A stretch of DNA of 63,318 nucleotides, filler included, from Octopus bimaculoides (GCF_001194135.2; 5 parts of 5 records of this genome joined end to end with filler, not necessarily neighbours in it); one strand, 5' to 3'; positions 13,448 through 25,144 are shown, counted from the whole stretch's first letter. Made by a program: numbers and translations. The notes: generated by a model not told the origin, from the sequence alone.

Positions 13448-14619
13448 GAGAATTCACAAAAAAAACAAACGAAGACAGGTGGTGTAGGCAACTAACTGAT
13501 GTATTAGTTTAACGCTCGGGAAGTGAAGAAGTCTTTAACGTTTCCAGCCTACTCTCTTGCACAGAAATGAACGTAGAAACAAACAAGGAGAGAAAATAAA
13601 GAATGTGTAGTTGCTAGCGATTTATCATGGCGAATGCCAACAGATGCGGATTAGAGAAAACAGAATAACAACCAGAGTAGGAAGAAACGACAATAGGAAA
13701 AAGCAGAAAGTACAAAAAGGTGAAGAAAAGTTCAAAAGCTCCGAACGTCGCGGTATATTGGAGCGATATTTCATTAACAGAAGAGTCCAGTGTAATCCAT
13801 GGGCAGGAGAGGTGCAGCTGAAGTGTACGAGAGTATAAAGTCCAGGTAGAGAATCCAGGTAGAATAGTCCAGTGTAGAAGGTGTATAAGGTGTAGAAAAT
13901 CCAAGAAAAGTTCGCTGGGTAATGAGGTAAGCATATGGATATGAAAGTAAGCAGAACAACATACAGACGGATAGTTACATAGGTTATATGAACAAGAACA
14001 CATACTCAAATGAAGATAAAAAACACATGACCATATATACACACACACTTTACTTCACGCAAGCACACATATGGAGACACACGTCCACACATATGGAGAT
14101 GCACATTCATACATACAAACATGGTACATAGTTGCAAAACACACACATACACTCAGACATGCGCACACAAGGAGACAGAGGTACACACACACATATACAA
14201 AGACACATACACACATACATAAAAACACACAAACATGGACATGCAAACACATGAATATGCAGAATACATACATACAAATGTACACATATAGATACATATG
14301 ATACGTAGATACACACACATGCATACATACATACATGAATGCATATATAGGCACACACACACACACACACTGATCCAGACACATGTGCACAAACAAACAA
14401 AAAGGAACGCAGTGTGAGTAACGGACAGAGTCAAGACTATTAAAAAGGTTGCAAGACAACAAAAATTTTAGGAAAATAAAAATAAGGAATAAGTGGAAAT
14501 TTTACCGGTGAGTGTGTTAAATGTTAAGGCACAATAAGAAAACGACTCTCCCCAGACACAACAGAATATGCTTCAACACACGAACTCACATAAAGAATCT
14601 TGCAAATCAAATCCCAAAA

Positions 14620-14670
14620 CGAAATATATATAAGAGCTTTGCTCGAAACGTAAAACCAAATCTCTTTCCT
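14620..14670 (+). ncRNA. Partial hammerhead-like motif in a presumed Penelope pseudo-LTR
   Basis: aaGAGC-TTT-GCTC GAAA CGTA aaacc gives stem II, GAAA and a palindromic ACGT stem III, but the CUGANGA core and the 5' strand of stem I are not intact. Confidence 0.4.
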
Positions 14671-15282
14671 TCCCTGAGCGTCTGCGGATAATTTGCATGA
14701 ACCACGTACTCGAGTTGCTGTTTTTTTTTCTTGTGTTTGTTCAAACAGACATACCTTGCTGTAGGTTAAAATGGCATAGTTTTTTTTTTTATTTTACTAG
14801 TTTCAGTTATTTGACTCTGGCCATGCTTGAGCACTGCCTTTGATCGAACAAAGTTAGTACTTATTTATATCNNNNNNNNNNNNNNNNNNNNNNNNNNNNN
14901 NNNNNNNNNNNNNNNNNNNNNNNNNNNNNNNNNNNNNNNNNNNNNNNNNNNNNNNNNNNNNNNNNNNNNNNNNNNNNNNNNNNNNNNNNNNNNNNNNNNN
15001 NNNNNNNNNNNNNNNNNNNNNNNNNNNNNNNNNNNNNNNNNNNNNNNNNNNNNNNNNNNNNNNNNNNNNNNNNNNNNNNNNNNNNNNNNNNNNNNNNNNN
15101 NNNNNNNNNNNNNNNNNNNNNNNNNNNNNNNNNNNNNNNNNNNNNNNNNNNNNNNNNNNNNNNNNNNNNNNNNNNNNNNNNNNNNNNNNNNNNNNNNNNN
15201 NNNNNNNNNNNNNNNNNNNNNNNNNNNNNNNNNNNNNNNNNNNNNNNNNNNNTATATATACACATGTATATATATATATATC

Positions 15283-15338
<56 letters not shown>

Positions 15339-15476
15339 TATATATACATATATATATCTATATATGCATATACATATACATGCACACGTATATATATATT
15401 TATATATATATGCATCTCCATCTATATACATATACATCTATATATACATATACATATATATGTTTATATATATATA

Positions 15477-16748
15477 CAGACATGCAGGAAGTAAATAGAC
15501 ACCTTTAATTTTTAAACTCTGTTATCTAAGCGTCTTAATGTTTTCAGCGGTGTAGAATTTACGATGTAATTATTCTTTTTCATTCCAGGTGCCATTATAT
15601 TAAACATTTGCGAAGAGTAACCATACCACGCACAAAATATTCAGCAGAAATGTCAGGTTTCCAAAGAGGTCGTATTGTTGGACAATCTGAGGCTGGTCTT
15701 AGCCAGCGAAAATTTGCCGAAGATCTTCAAATTCCTCTTGCTACTGTTAATATAATTATAGTGCAATTCAAAAGCCAAGGAAATGAATGAACAGATTCTC
15801 GTCCCGGCCGACCTCGGAAAGGAATCTTCACTGTTTGAAGAGAATTGTGGAAGACGAACCCCGTTCGAAGGCTTCTGACATTGCAAAACAGCTGGAAGTT
15901 AATCCAAGAATGTGTGTTACATTTATGCATAAGCTTGGGCTTTATGGACGAGCAACCAGAAGAAAACCTTTCCTTCGACCGATTAAATTTCATGAAAGGA
16001 AAGAAATGGGCTAAGGAGATGTCAGAAAAATCCAGTTCATTTTGGGATAGAGGGATTTTTCTCAGATAAATTCAGATTTGCATTATTTTCAGACAGTGGA
16101 CGTGTTTGGGTCTGAAGACTTCCTAATCAAGGATTTGATTCGAAACGATTCTAACCAACTGTGAAACATGGCGATATCTCTGTAATGGTATGGGGAGCTG
16201 TCACCGACAATGGTCGTTCTGAGCAGATCGAATGTGTTGGAACCATAAAGTCTGAAAAATACATCGCAATACTTAAGCAAGGACTACTTCCGATGTATTC
16301 ACACGATAACATAGCGAAGAATGAGTTTTTATTCATGGAAGATGGGGCTCCATGCCACACAGCGAAAAGGAATCAACAATGGCCGACTGAAAATGGGATC
16401 AAAATGCTTCCTTGGCCTAGCCAATCTCCTGACATGAACCTAATTGAAAATCTTTGGAGCATACTAGATAAAGCTATACGAAAACTCGACAGATACCTAA
16501 TAAACCTATGTAAAGATGAATTGTTTCGATTGTTGCGTGAAAAGTGGGCAGAAATTCCACAAGAGACAATCACAAAGCTCATCAGTTCAATGCTGAAAAG
16601 AGTTCCTGAATTAAAACCTGCAAAGGGAATGTCAATTAAATACTAAAGTATGTTGTCCTATCTATGGATTACATTTCAATTGTTCGCTTTGAGTATTAAA
16701 TAAAAGATTTTGAAAATTAAAGGTGTCTATTTACTTCCTGCAAGTCTG
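15477..16748 (+). mobile_element. Near full-length Tc1 (DD34E) DNA transposon
   Basis: 36-bp TIRs CAGAC(A/T)TGCAGGAAGTAAATAGACACCTTTAATTTT at 15477-15512 and 16713-16748 (1 mismatch); TA on the left flank; inserted in a TA/CA microsatellite. Confidence 0.95.
15608..16646 (+). pseudogene. Tc1 transposase, frameshifted and with stops
   Basis: HTH region (RGRIVG..EAGLSQRK), RKPFL, then VKHGDISVMVWGA..FMEDGAPCH..WPSQSPDMNLIENLW with exactly 34 residues between the second D and the E. Confidence 0.93.
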
Positions 16749-17234
16749 TGTATATATATACATATATATGTACATATATATATATATATANNNNNNNNNN
16801 NNNNNNNNNNNNNNNNNNNNNNNNNNNNNNNNNNNNNNNNNNNNNNNNNNNNNNNNNNNNNNNNNNNNNNNNNNNNNNNNNNNNNNNNNNNNNNNNNNNN
16901 NNNNNNNNNNNNNNNNNNNNNNNNNNNNNNNNNNNNNNNNNNNNNNNNNNNNNNNNNNNNNNNNNNNNNNNNNNNNNNNNNNNNNNNNNNNNNNNNNNNN
17001 NNNNNNNNNNNNNNNNNNNNNNNNNNNNNNNNNNNNNNNNNNNNNNNNNNNNNNNNNNNNNNNNNNNNNNNNNNNNNNNNNNNNNNNNNNNNNNNNNNNN
17101 NNNNNNNNNNNNNNNNNNNNNNNNNNNNNNNNNNNNNNNNNNNNNNNNNNNNNNNNNNNNNNNNNNNNATATATAAATATATATATACTATTGCATTTGT
17201 TCCTCCATACCTATGCATTATATATTTAATACAT

Positions 17235-17700
17235 GTTATACAGTAAAAAAGAGAATACCTACGCTGAGCTATTGAGAAATCTGCAGTTACTCTATCCGGA
17301 TTACAAGTTCAGGTTTATACCTGTAATTATTGGGGCCCTAGGGCAAGTAACACACTGCCTAAATACCAATCTTGAGAAATTAGGATTCTCAAAACCAGAT
17401 TGGAGAAAGCTAATTCAAAGACTACAGATCCAATCCATCACTGAAACTGTAAAAATCTGTTAAACTTTCCAGAAGTTTATCACTTAAATATATATGGCCA
17501 TGTCTAGATATGCAACTATATGCATGAGAATACACATATAAAACAAAACATACAAATCTGCACATATACATTCATACAAACAAAAATACCCTGTTGCTGG
17601 TGTTGAAATTCCAATGAAGGAGCCTTGGATCTAGGTTAGAGACCGGCTCTTTCTCTATTGGCAAGAAATCTTGAAATAAAACTAAACGATGACATAAATA
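17235..17700 (+). mobile_element. R4/Dong-like LINE 3' end with 3' UTR
   Basis: KENTYAELLRNLQLLYPDYKFRFIPVIIGALG..LEKLGFS; the UTR aaggagccttggatctaggttaga.accggctctttctctat is also found at 54235-54340. Confidence 0.85.
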
Positions 17701-17839
17701 CTTAAAGTATAAAATATATACAGTATATTTAAACCCCTTCCTCCAAGACCATTTTGAAAGTAATGACATCGTCACAGAAGAACAAGCAGCTGAGTAAAAG
17801 GGAGTCTGGGGATGTGCCGAGCAATTGTTAATAAACAAA

Positions 17840-18600
17840 ACTGTGATGTCAGAGGTGCGGGAGCATAGAAAGAACCTAGTTTCAATGTGGCTAGACTACA
17901 AGAAAACCTTTGACTCTGTTCGCCACTCATGGACGCGAGAAGCCCTTCAACTTACTAAAGTTCCAGTGAGAATAGCCAAAGCCATAGCGATCTGACTTTA
18001 TCGTGGGCCACCAAACTGAAGTTAAATACAAGGAGTGATTGTATTATCACTGACGAATACAGTATCGCAGAGGCATATTCCAAAGAGCAATCTCTCTCTG
18101 TGATGTTTGTGTTTTCTGTAAACCCTTTATTCGTGTTAAGAAAGCATGAAGGATATCACACTGGTTCACAAGGAAACAAAAATACCAAAATTACACATTA
18201 TTTCTTTGTGGATGTCCTGGAACTACATGCAAAGTATATGCATGAAATGAAAAAGAGCCTTGCCTTGGTTACAACATTCTCAAAGGATATAGGGTTGAAG
18301 TTTGGCCATGATAAATTGGTATATGGTTGTGAAACGTGAAAAAACTGTAAACCAGTCTAGCAACATCTCCAACAATGACTTAACTGTTTCCTCTATATCC
18401 GATGATGTTACAGGTATCTAGGAGTGGATGAAACATGACACCTGTAAAAAAAACACGTATCACTAAAGAATATTACTACCAAATAAATATAATATGAACC
18501 TCGGAACTTTCTACATTCAATAGAACAGTGACCCACAATGTGTTTGCAGTGCTAATATTTATACCAACGTTTGGGCTACTTGGTTGGACCCAAAGAAGTC
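17840..18600 (+). mobile_element. R4/Dong-like reverse transcriptase fragment, decayed
   Basis: HRKNLVSMWLDYKKTFDSVRHSW; RRGIF..SLS; FFVDVLELH (from FVDDLKLY); THNVFAVLIFIPTFGLLGWT. Multiple frameshifts. Confidence 0.8.
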
Positions 18601-18639
18601 GTACGACTCTACCGCAACGTATTATCAGATGAAAAGATA

Positions 18640-19245
18640 AAAGTATATCAGCAGAAGACCATGCATATGTTAGTAGAAAGCTCCAGGATGATAGTTTCGT
18701 GCTTCGTGGGTGCAGTCGTTCCACGAAACAAGAAAGTGGGTAAACAATATAAGAAAGCCCCTAACACCAAGTTGGAAAAGCGCTTCCTTAAACTGCCCTA
18801 CATCGACGACAGAATAACTGCAGCTATCCAGCATGCCATCCACAGGAACGGACTTCACATACAGTTGGTACACACAAGTCAATCCCTGAGGAAAGTTCTG
18901 TCAAGGAAAAATACCACATAGAGCACAGTGTTGTGCACACTCACCGACTGCCCTATCAACGACACCAAAACATGCTCGAGGGCCTATGTAGTATACGAGG
19001 TATTCTGCAGTAAACGTGAAGCATGCTACATAGCGAGCACAACTAGGAAGCTACACATCCATATAAAGGAGCATATGCAGATAGACACTGCAATAAAGAA
19101 ATACTTTAGAAAATACCAAACACAGAATTTCAAAGTTTCCATCAAGGCAACCCAACGAAACAGAGGCAATCTCAGAATTATAAACAAATTGCGACCATCC
19201 ATGAACAATAAGAAAGAACTACATGAAGCAAACTGGTTACTATAG
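18640..19245 (+). mobile_element. Penelope-like element thumb/linker + GIY-YIG endonuclease, decayed
   Basis: FLKLPYID..LRKVLSR; one in-frame TAG at 18919; then C.LTDCPINDTKTCS..VVYEVFCSKREACYIASTTRKLHIHIKEH..INKLRPSMNNK. Confidence 0.85.
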
Positions 19246-19329
19246 CAACAACAGTCTGCGCATGTCACCATTCTCTTTCCTTCCTCATAGCATCTGAGCA
19301 ACGACCTTTTCAACCACAGCCTTTTCCAA

Positions 19330-19369
19330 ATGTCCTGAAGAAGGGGTATTCACCCCGAAATATAGAAAT
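19330..19369 (+). ncRNA. Minimal type I hammerhead ribozyme in the Penelope 3' pseudo-LTR
   Basis: ATGTC CTGAAGA A GGGG-TATTCA-CCCC GAAA TA-TA GAAAT: intact core, 4-bp stem II, palindromic ATAT stem III, AUA cleavage triplet, stem I with one mismatch. Confidence 0.7.
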
Positions 19370-19789
19370 ACAATGTAAAACTGCGACACAACAAATGGAT
19401 TGCGGTTCTCTACAGTTGTTTCAGACGTGTTTATTTTTAAATGATGAACAGAAGTGTTACATCAGGTGAATACAGGTAAGAATTAACAATTAGAACTTCT
19501 AAGGAACAAGTACATTTGATATGTGTAACATAATTCAATTGTTTGAACATTCAATGTAAGAGGTTTGCAAGTAGCCACAATGATGAAACGAACGTAAGGA
19601 ACATGCGGCAGAAACTTGTGTTTACATAAATTTCTCCTATATTTGCTCTGTATATTATAAGCAATAATACTTCTAATTACAGTAGTAATCACACCACTCT
19701 AGTGGAAGACGACTGGATGATAATAATCTGCGCGAAGCCCTAAATTCTCCTAAAGCATCTAACCGGACACTCCAAGATACTATATATTG

Positions 19790-20085
19790 AAATGGTTTTT
19801 ATAATAATAATAGACACACACAGGCTGTATGTACCAAGAACAATAGGGAGAAGAGGACTTATTGGACGCGAATACAGCATTAGAGAAGAAGTAAACAACA
19901 TAGCATGGTATGTAAAAAATGCCACAGAACTGTTATTATTAGAAGAAGGTCACCCTTGTATAGGATGAAAGCTTGCAAAAATAAAGTACTGTACAAGCAA
20001 CTGAAAACGAACGAAACTGAAAGTAGGTTGGTAAAGAAAAGAATGCATGGACAATTTCATAGGGATGTTGAAGATAAGACAGACA
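19790..20085 (+). mobile_element. R4/Dong-like LINE post-RT fragment
   Basis: DTHRLYVPRTIGRRGLIG..REEVNNIAWYVKN and KKRMHGQFHRDVE match the RLY..R..GGRGL and K.MHGQF motifs of RLE LINEs. Confidence 0.7.
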
Positions 20086-20089
20086 GACA

Positions 20090-20164
<75 letters not shown>

Positions 20165-20167
20165 TTT

Positions 20168-20267
20168 NNNNNNNNNNNNNNNNNNNNNNNNNNNNNNNNN
20201 NNNNNNNNNNNTTAATTAATTAANNNNNNNNNNNNNNNNNNNNNNNNNNNNNNNNNNNNNNNNNNNN
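20168..20267. other. Assembly linker N44-TTAATTAATTAA-N44
   Basis: Same 100-bp spacer at four places; the 12-mer has stops in all six frames. Confidence 0.95.
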
Positions 20268-20419
20268 TTGCTGGGGAATGGGGGGAAGGAGAGTTCTGGA
20301 AAGGGGATGAGAGGGAAGAGAGATGATGTGAGTTTCTATGGATGCATAGATGCGTTGGTGAAGGAGGGAGAGAGAGAAGGCGGGAGAAATATGGAAGGTG
20401 AGATAGATAAATAGAGAGA

Positions 20420-20451
<32 letters not shown>

Positions 20452-20704
20452 CAGAGAGAGAGAGAGAGTGTGTGTGTATGTTTGTGTGTGTGTGTGTATA
20501 GTGAGAGTACATGTGTGATGGATCAGGGAGAGAGTGTAATGTGTTGGGTGCAGATGGATACAAACAGACACACACACATAGGCACACAAACACCCTTTAT
20601 AGATAGATAGATTGACAAATAGATAGAAAGGTAGATAGATACACACACACATATAGATAGCTAGCTAGATAGATAGATAGATAGAGAGCTATATAGGTTA
20701 GTAG

Positions 20705-20772
<68 letters not shown>

Positions 20773-20959
20773 TACTCTCCACACCAAAGTTAGCAACATT
20801 GTCAGAGCCAAAAGCCATGTGTCTTGTGTCTATTCAAAACCGAAACAACAAATAAATAAATGCAGGAATCGATACTCGCCGCGTTTCTCCCATTCCTGGC
20901 TGCAGTCGTCACCGCAGTTGTTCTTATTGTTCTTATTGTTGTTGTCATCGTTATTTTAT

Positions 20960-21290
20960 CCACCACCTTGCTCAACGTTAAGATGATTCATGATCAAAAG
21001 CGCTCCAGCCGTGTCTATCCAACCAACGTCGTCGACCCCAGGACTTATTCTTTGTAAGCCTAGAACTTATATCTATCGGTCTCTTTTGCCGAACCGCTAA
21101 GTTACTGGGACGTAAACACACCAGCATTGGTTGTCAAGCGATGTTGGGGGACAAAGACACACAAACATACACACACACACACATATATATATACATATAT
21201 ACGACAGGCTTCTTTCAGTTTCCGTCTACCAAATCCAAGGCTTTGGTCGGCCCGAGGCTATAGTAGAAGACACTTGCCCAAGGTGTCACG
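20960..21290 (-). mobile_element. SINE family B (3' module + part of head)
   Basis: Reverse complement of the 6934-7245 type sequence. Confidence 0.8.
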
Positions 21291-21321
<31 letters not shown>

Positions 21322-21899
21322 NNNNNNNNNNNNNNNNNNNNNNNNNNNNNNNNNNNNNNNNNNNNNNNNNNNNNNNNNNNNNNNNNNNNNNNNNNNNNNN
21401 NNNNNNNNNNNNNNNNNNNNNNNNNNNNNNNNNNNNNNNNNNNNNNNNNNNNNNNNNNNNNNNNNNNNNNNNNNNNNNNNNNNNNNNNNNNNNNNNNNNN
21501 NNNNNNNNNNNNNNNNNNNNNNNNNNNNNNNNNNNNNNNNNNNNNNNNNNNNNNNNNNNNNNNNNNNNNNNNNNNNNNNNNNNNNNNNNNNNNNNNNNNN
21601 NNNNNNNNNNNNNNNNNNNNNNNNNNNNNNNNNNNNNNNNNNNNNNNNNNNNNNNNNNNNNNNNNNNNNNNNNNNNNNNNNNNNNNNNNNNNNNNNNNNN
21701 NNNNNNNNNNNNNNNNNNNNNNNNNNNNNNNNNNNNNNNNNTATGAAATGAAAGTAAACGGCGTGAGACAACGACGACCCGCGACCAGTATCTCATATAA
21801 GGCTATTGTATGAAACAGTACCGGCCATTGGCGTCTCGTTTGGAGTTCTTCAGTTGAAAGACAACCCCGCTGTCGACGTATTTCAGCGAATGAAAAGGC

Positions 21900-22265
21900 A
21901 ACTATAATCTTTATAAAGGCAATGTTTAATCGCGTGGGTAACGGTGAAGGAAAAGATCTCCTTCGGTAATGAATGCCCATGGGATTGCACGTAGGAAGTT
22001 CCCCCTCTGAGGCACAAGTCCGGTTAAGGGTTGTTCATGGAAGACCAGCGGTCGCCCATGCATACCAGCGTCTCCTCTCCACGCAGCCGATGTTGTCCAA
22101 GGGAGAGACAAAGGATGACACAGCTTGGCGCCAGTGATGTCGCAACTCATTTCTACAGACGAGTGAACTGGATCAACAAGAAATAAACACACAGCCCGGT
22201 CCGGGAATCGAACTCACTACTTCGTGATTGTAAGCCCGACGCTCTAACCACTGAGCCATGCGCCT
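21900..22265 (-). mobile_element. tRNA-head SINE, family C
   Basis: Reverse complement starts ggcgcatggctcagtggttagagcgtcgggcttacaatcacgaagtagtgagttcgattcccgg, with Pol III A-box and B-box-like motifs. Confidence 0.75.
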
Positions 22266-22516
22266 TCACCTTATTTAATGGCGTGGTTATATGGCTCGAT
22301 AACACGTCGCAGGTTTCCCTAAATAGTTTTAGGGGATCATGTAGCAGAGACAGACACTCTCTAGAATCTTTTCTCTTGGCCCAGCAGTACCGTCTGAAGA
22401 CATAACTTCTCTGGACAGTTGCTCGAGGGCCTCACGGGTCTAGCAGCCCGATTCTGATCTATGAGAGTTTATGTCATTAAACTGTGGCCATGCTAGAGCA
22501 CCACCTTGGAGAATTT

Positions 22517-23330
22517 GGATCTTTATGATTTGACGGGCAACACTTGTTTTCTTAACGAAACACTTTCAAACTTGGGACACTGGTAGAATGTGTCATATAA
22601 AACAACTTCTTCTCTTAACCTTCTTAACAAAAAATTATACATCGCAAGTTATTTCATGTTAAAGTTGTCGTATTTCTGTAATTTCAACCAATCACTGACG
22701 TCTATTCAGCTGAATACAGTTAGTGCTGTTCGGTGTCAAGTGTGTTATTCCCTGTTTAATTATATCATTATTCCCTAGTAAGGGTTTAGGGTTTTAGGGT
22801 TAAGGTTCGGGCTTTAGGGTTAGGACTTTAGGGTTAGGGTTGGGGTTATGGTTATGAGTTATAGGGTTAGAGTTAAGGTTATGGCAAAAATAATCATAAC
22901 CCTAACCGTAATCCTAAAACTAACCCTAACTCTAAAACCCGAACCCTAACCCTAAAACCCTAAAGCTAATTCCAGCACAAACGCACGAACGATGTCATAA
23001 ATAACAGTGACAAACGAAATATATACGGCTGATAGTTGTTGTTGACAACGGATAGTTTTTGTTGACAAACAACGGCACTAATTTTATTCAAGGGAAAAAA
23101 TCCCGTAACACCGTTGTTTACATTCCACAGCGTAATTATTTTCACCTCAATAGACGTTAGTGACTGGTTGAAATTACCGAAATACGACAATTTTTCACAT
23201 GAAATAACTTCGAATACAAAATTTTTTTTCTGTTCTATACCACAAAATATACAAGTATTCGAAGTTTGAAAGTGTTTCGGTACCAAAAACACTACATAAA
23301 AAAATGTTGCCCGTCAAATCACAAAGGTCC
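22517..23330. mobile_element. Non-autonomous fold-back DNA transposon, 8-bp TSD, GG-ended TIRs (Merlin-like)
   Basis: TSD GAGAATTT at 22509-22516 and 23331-23338; 25-bp TIR GGA(T/C)CTTT(A/G)TGATTTGACGGGCAAC; inner IR about 22646-22715 / 23142-23211; splits a family B SINE. Superfamily assignment is inferred. Confidence 0.88.
22780..22965. repeat. Degenerate head-to-head (TTAGGG)n/(CCCTAA)n array inside the fold-back element
   Basis: tttagggttttagggttaaggtt..ttagggttagggtt, then taaccctaacc..taaccctaaaaccctaa. Confidence 0.85.
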
Positions 23331-23982
23331 GAGAATTTTAGTCGAACAAATCGACTTCAGTCTTTTTTTTTTTAATGCCTAGCATTTATTCTATCGGAGT
23401 CTTTTTGCTGAACCGTTAAGTTACGTGAACGTAAACACACCAACACCGGTTGTCTTGCCGTGGTGAGGGACAGACACACTCTACATACATACACAGACAT
23501 ACATACATACATACATACACACACGCATACATACAGACGCACATACATACATAGATACATATATTCATATGCGTTTGTGTCTAATCACCGCTTGACAACC
23601 GGTGTTATTTTGTTTATGTTACCGTAACGATAGCGATTCAGCAGAAGAGGGCGACAGAATAATTACCAGACTTAGAAAATAAACACTGGGATCGATTCGT
23701 GCCACTGAATCCTCTGAGAAGGTGCCCCAGTATGGCCGCGACTGAAGCAAGTTTGTGATAAAAGGCGAAATGCTAAGAATCTTACAAAATCGAGATCTTC
23801 TTACTGGAAACAACAACGGAAATAAACTAAAAAAACCGCGGTGACAGTCAACGCCATCTGTGAACCACCGTGTAAACAAGTTTGGCGACCTCGAAAATTT
23901 AAGTTCCTACTTGTAATTTAGCCCGGACTATGAGCGGAACCGAACCAGCCGTTGCTGGAAATTCGGTGTCGTACTCGTATTA

Positions 23983-24748
23983 CCGCGTTTCTCCGAAAAT
24001 AAGAACTAACCAGAAAATAAGACCTATCATGATTTTAATATAAGTCCAAGTTGAGAGCAGCAGACAGCTGAAACAAATAAGCAGCCTCTTCGTATTGATT
24101 CAAACCGCTTTAAGTGATTCAGCCAGGTAATTCATGAAATAACTGAATTATATACGTTAACGGTAACATATACACTGTATACACTGTTCAAAATATCTAA
24201 AACTTACGACGTCACAAAATCTATTCGGGTGCCTCTTTCCTAACTCAAATATTAATAAGCAAACCTCCACCAAGGCAACACCAACGTCTTCTCAACGATT
24301 AACCGGAGATGATTTTTAAAATGATAATATCTGAAATAAACTCGACTTCTCTCACAAACGAGAATACTAAAAATGAACCTGACTGCTCTCAAAAATTAAA
24401 TAAAAAACACGAAAAATGATCCAGAACCCTTGTCTAGTACCAGATCAATCACAAAATCTAATCAGTTTGTGCCAGTCACAAACATCCCTGAAAGTTTTAT
24501 CCGAATCCATCCTGTGGTTCTTGAGATATCTTGTCCAAGGACAAAGAAACTCGACTGAAAACTGTACCTCCATCTTCGCACAGGTGGAGGTAACAAGCTA
24601 TACATAAAATAATTTCGCAATTTTCTATTTCATAATGTCGCTTTTCGGTACATGAAAAAAATATGAACAACCCCCGAAAATAAGCTCTAGTGGGTCATTT
24701 CTGGAGGAAAATTAATATAAGCCCCGTCTTATTTTCGGGGAAACACGG
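23983..24748. mobile_element. Non-autonomous TA-TSD DNA transposon (pogo/Tc1-mariner type MITE)
   Basis: TA|CCGCGTTTCTCCGAAAATAAGA ... TCTTATTTTCGGGGAAACACGG|TA; about 22-bp TIR with 2 mismatches; no coding capacity. Confidence 0.82.
24255..24597 (+). mobile_element. Helentron-associated (HINE/DINE-like) non-autonomous element nested in the MITE
   Basis: 5' gcaaacctccaccaaggc; internal aaagttttatccgaatccatcc..ttcttgagatatc; 3' hairpin TACCTCCA-N12-TGGAGGTA (24565-24592). Confidence 0.5.
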
Positions 24749-24964
24749 TAGTTATTCTTTCACAATTACGGGTGACAACTCATGACATGTTTTCCGGTCC
24801 TATTACGTGAAACCTCAACAGCCAAGAAGAGGGTTAGGGTTGTAACTACATGTACAATATCGACTCTCCGGAACTTAGGGTTCCACAACCTTTCCACATT
24901 ACGGATGGTTACTTTGGGCAACACACTGAAAGCATATATTAAATTTACTTCAAGAATTCAAAAA

Positions 24965-25125
24965 GGTGCAGGCGTAGCTGTGTGGTAATGAACTTGCTTC
25001 CCAACCACATGGTTCCAGGTTCAGTCCCTCTGCATAGCACCTTGGGCAAGTGTCTTCTACTATGGCCTCTGGCCGACCAAAGTCTTGTGAGTGGAATTGG
25101 TAGACGGAAACTGAAAGAAGCCCAT
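24965..25125 (+). mobile_element. SINE family B head
   Basis: ggtgcaggcgtagctgtgtggtaatgaacttgcttcccaaccacatggttccaggttcagtcc..gcaccttgggcaagtgtcttctac. Confidence 0.85.
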
Positions 25126-25144
25126 AGTGTGTATGTATGTATGT

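Noticed and set aside
20212-20223. Conserved TTAATTAATTAA homeodomain-type element
   Set aside because: Always centred in exactly 44+44 Ns; an assembly linker.
22200-22265. tRNA gene
   Set aside because: The tRNA-like sequence continues into a SINE body found in several copies, and there is no complete acceptor stem; same for the other SINE heads.
22780-22965. Ancestral telomere-telomere chromosome fusion site
   Set aside because: The array lies inside TIRs with an exact 8-bp TSD, so it arrived by transposition.
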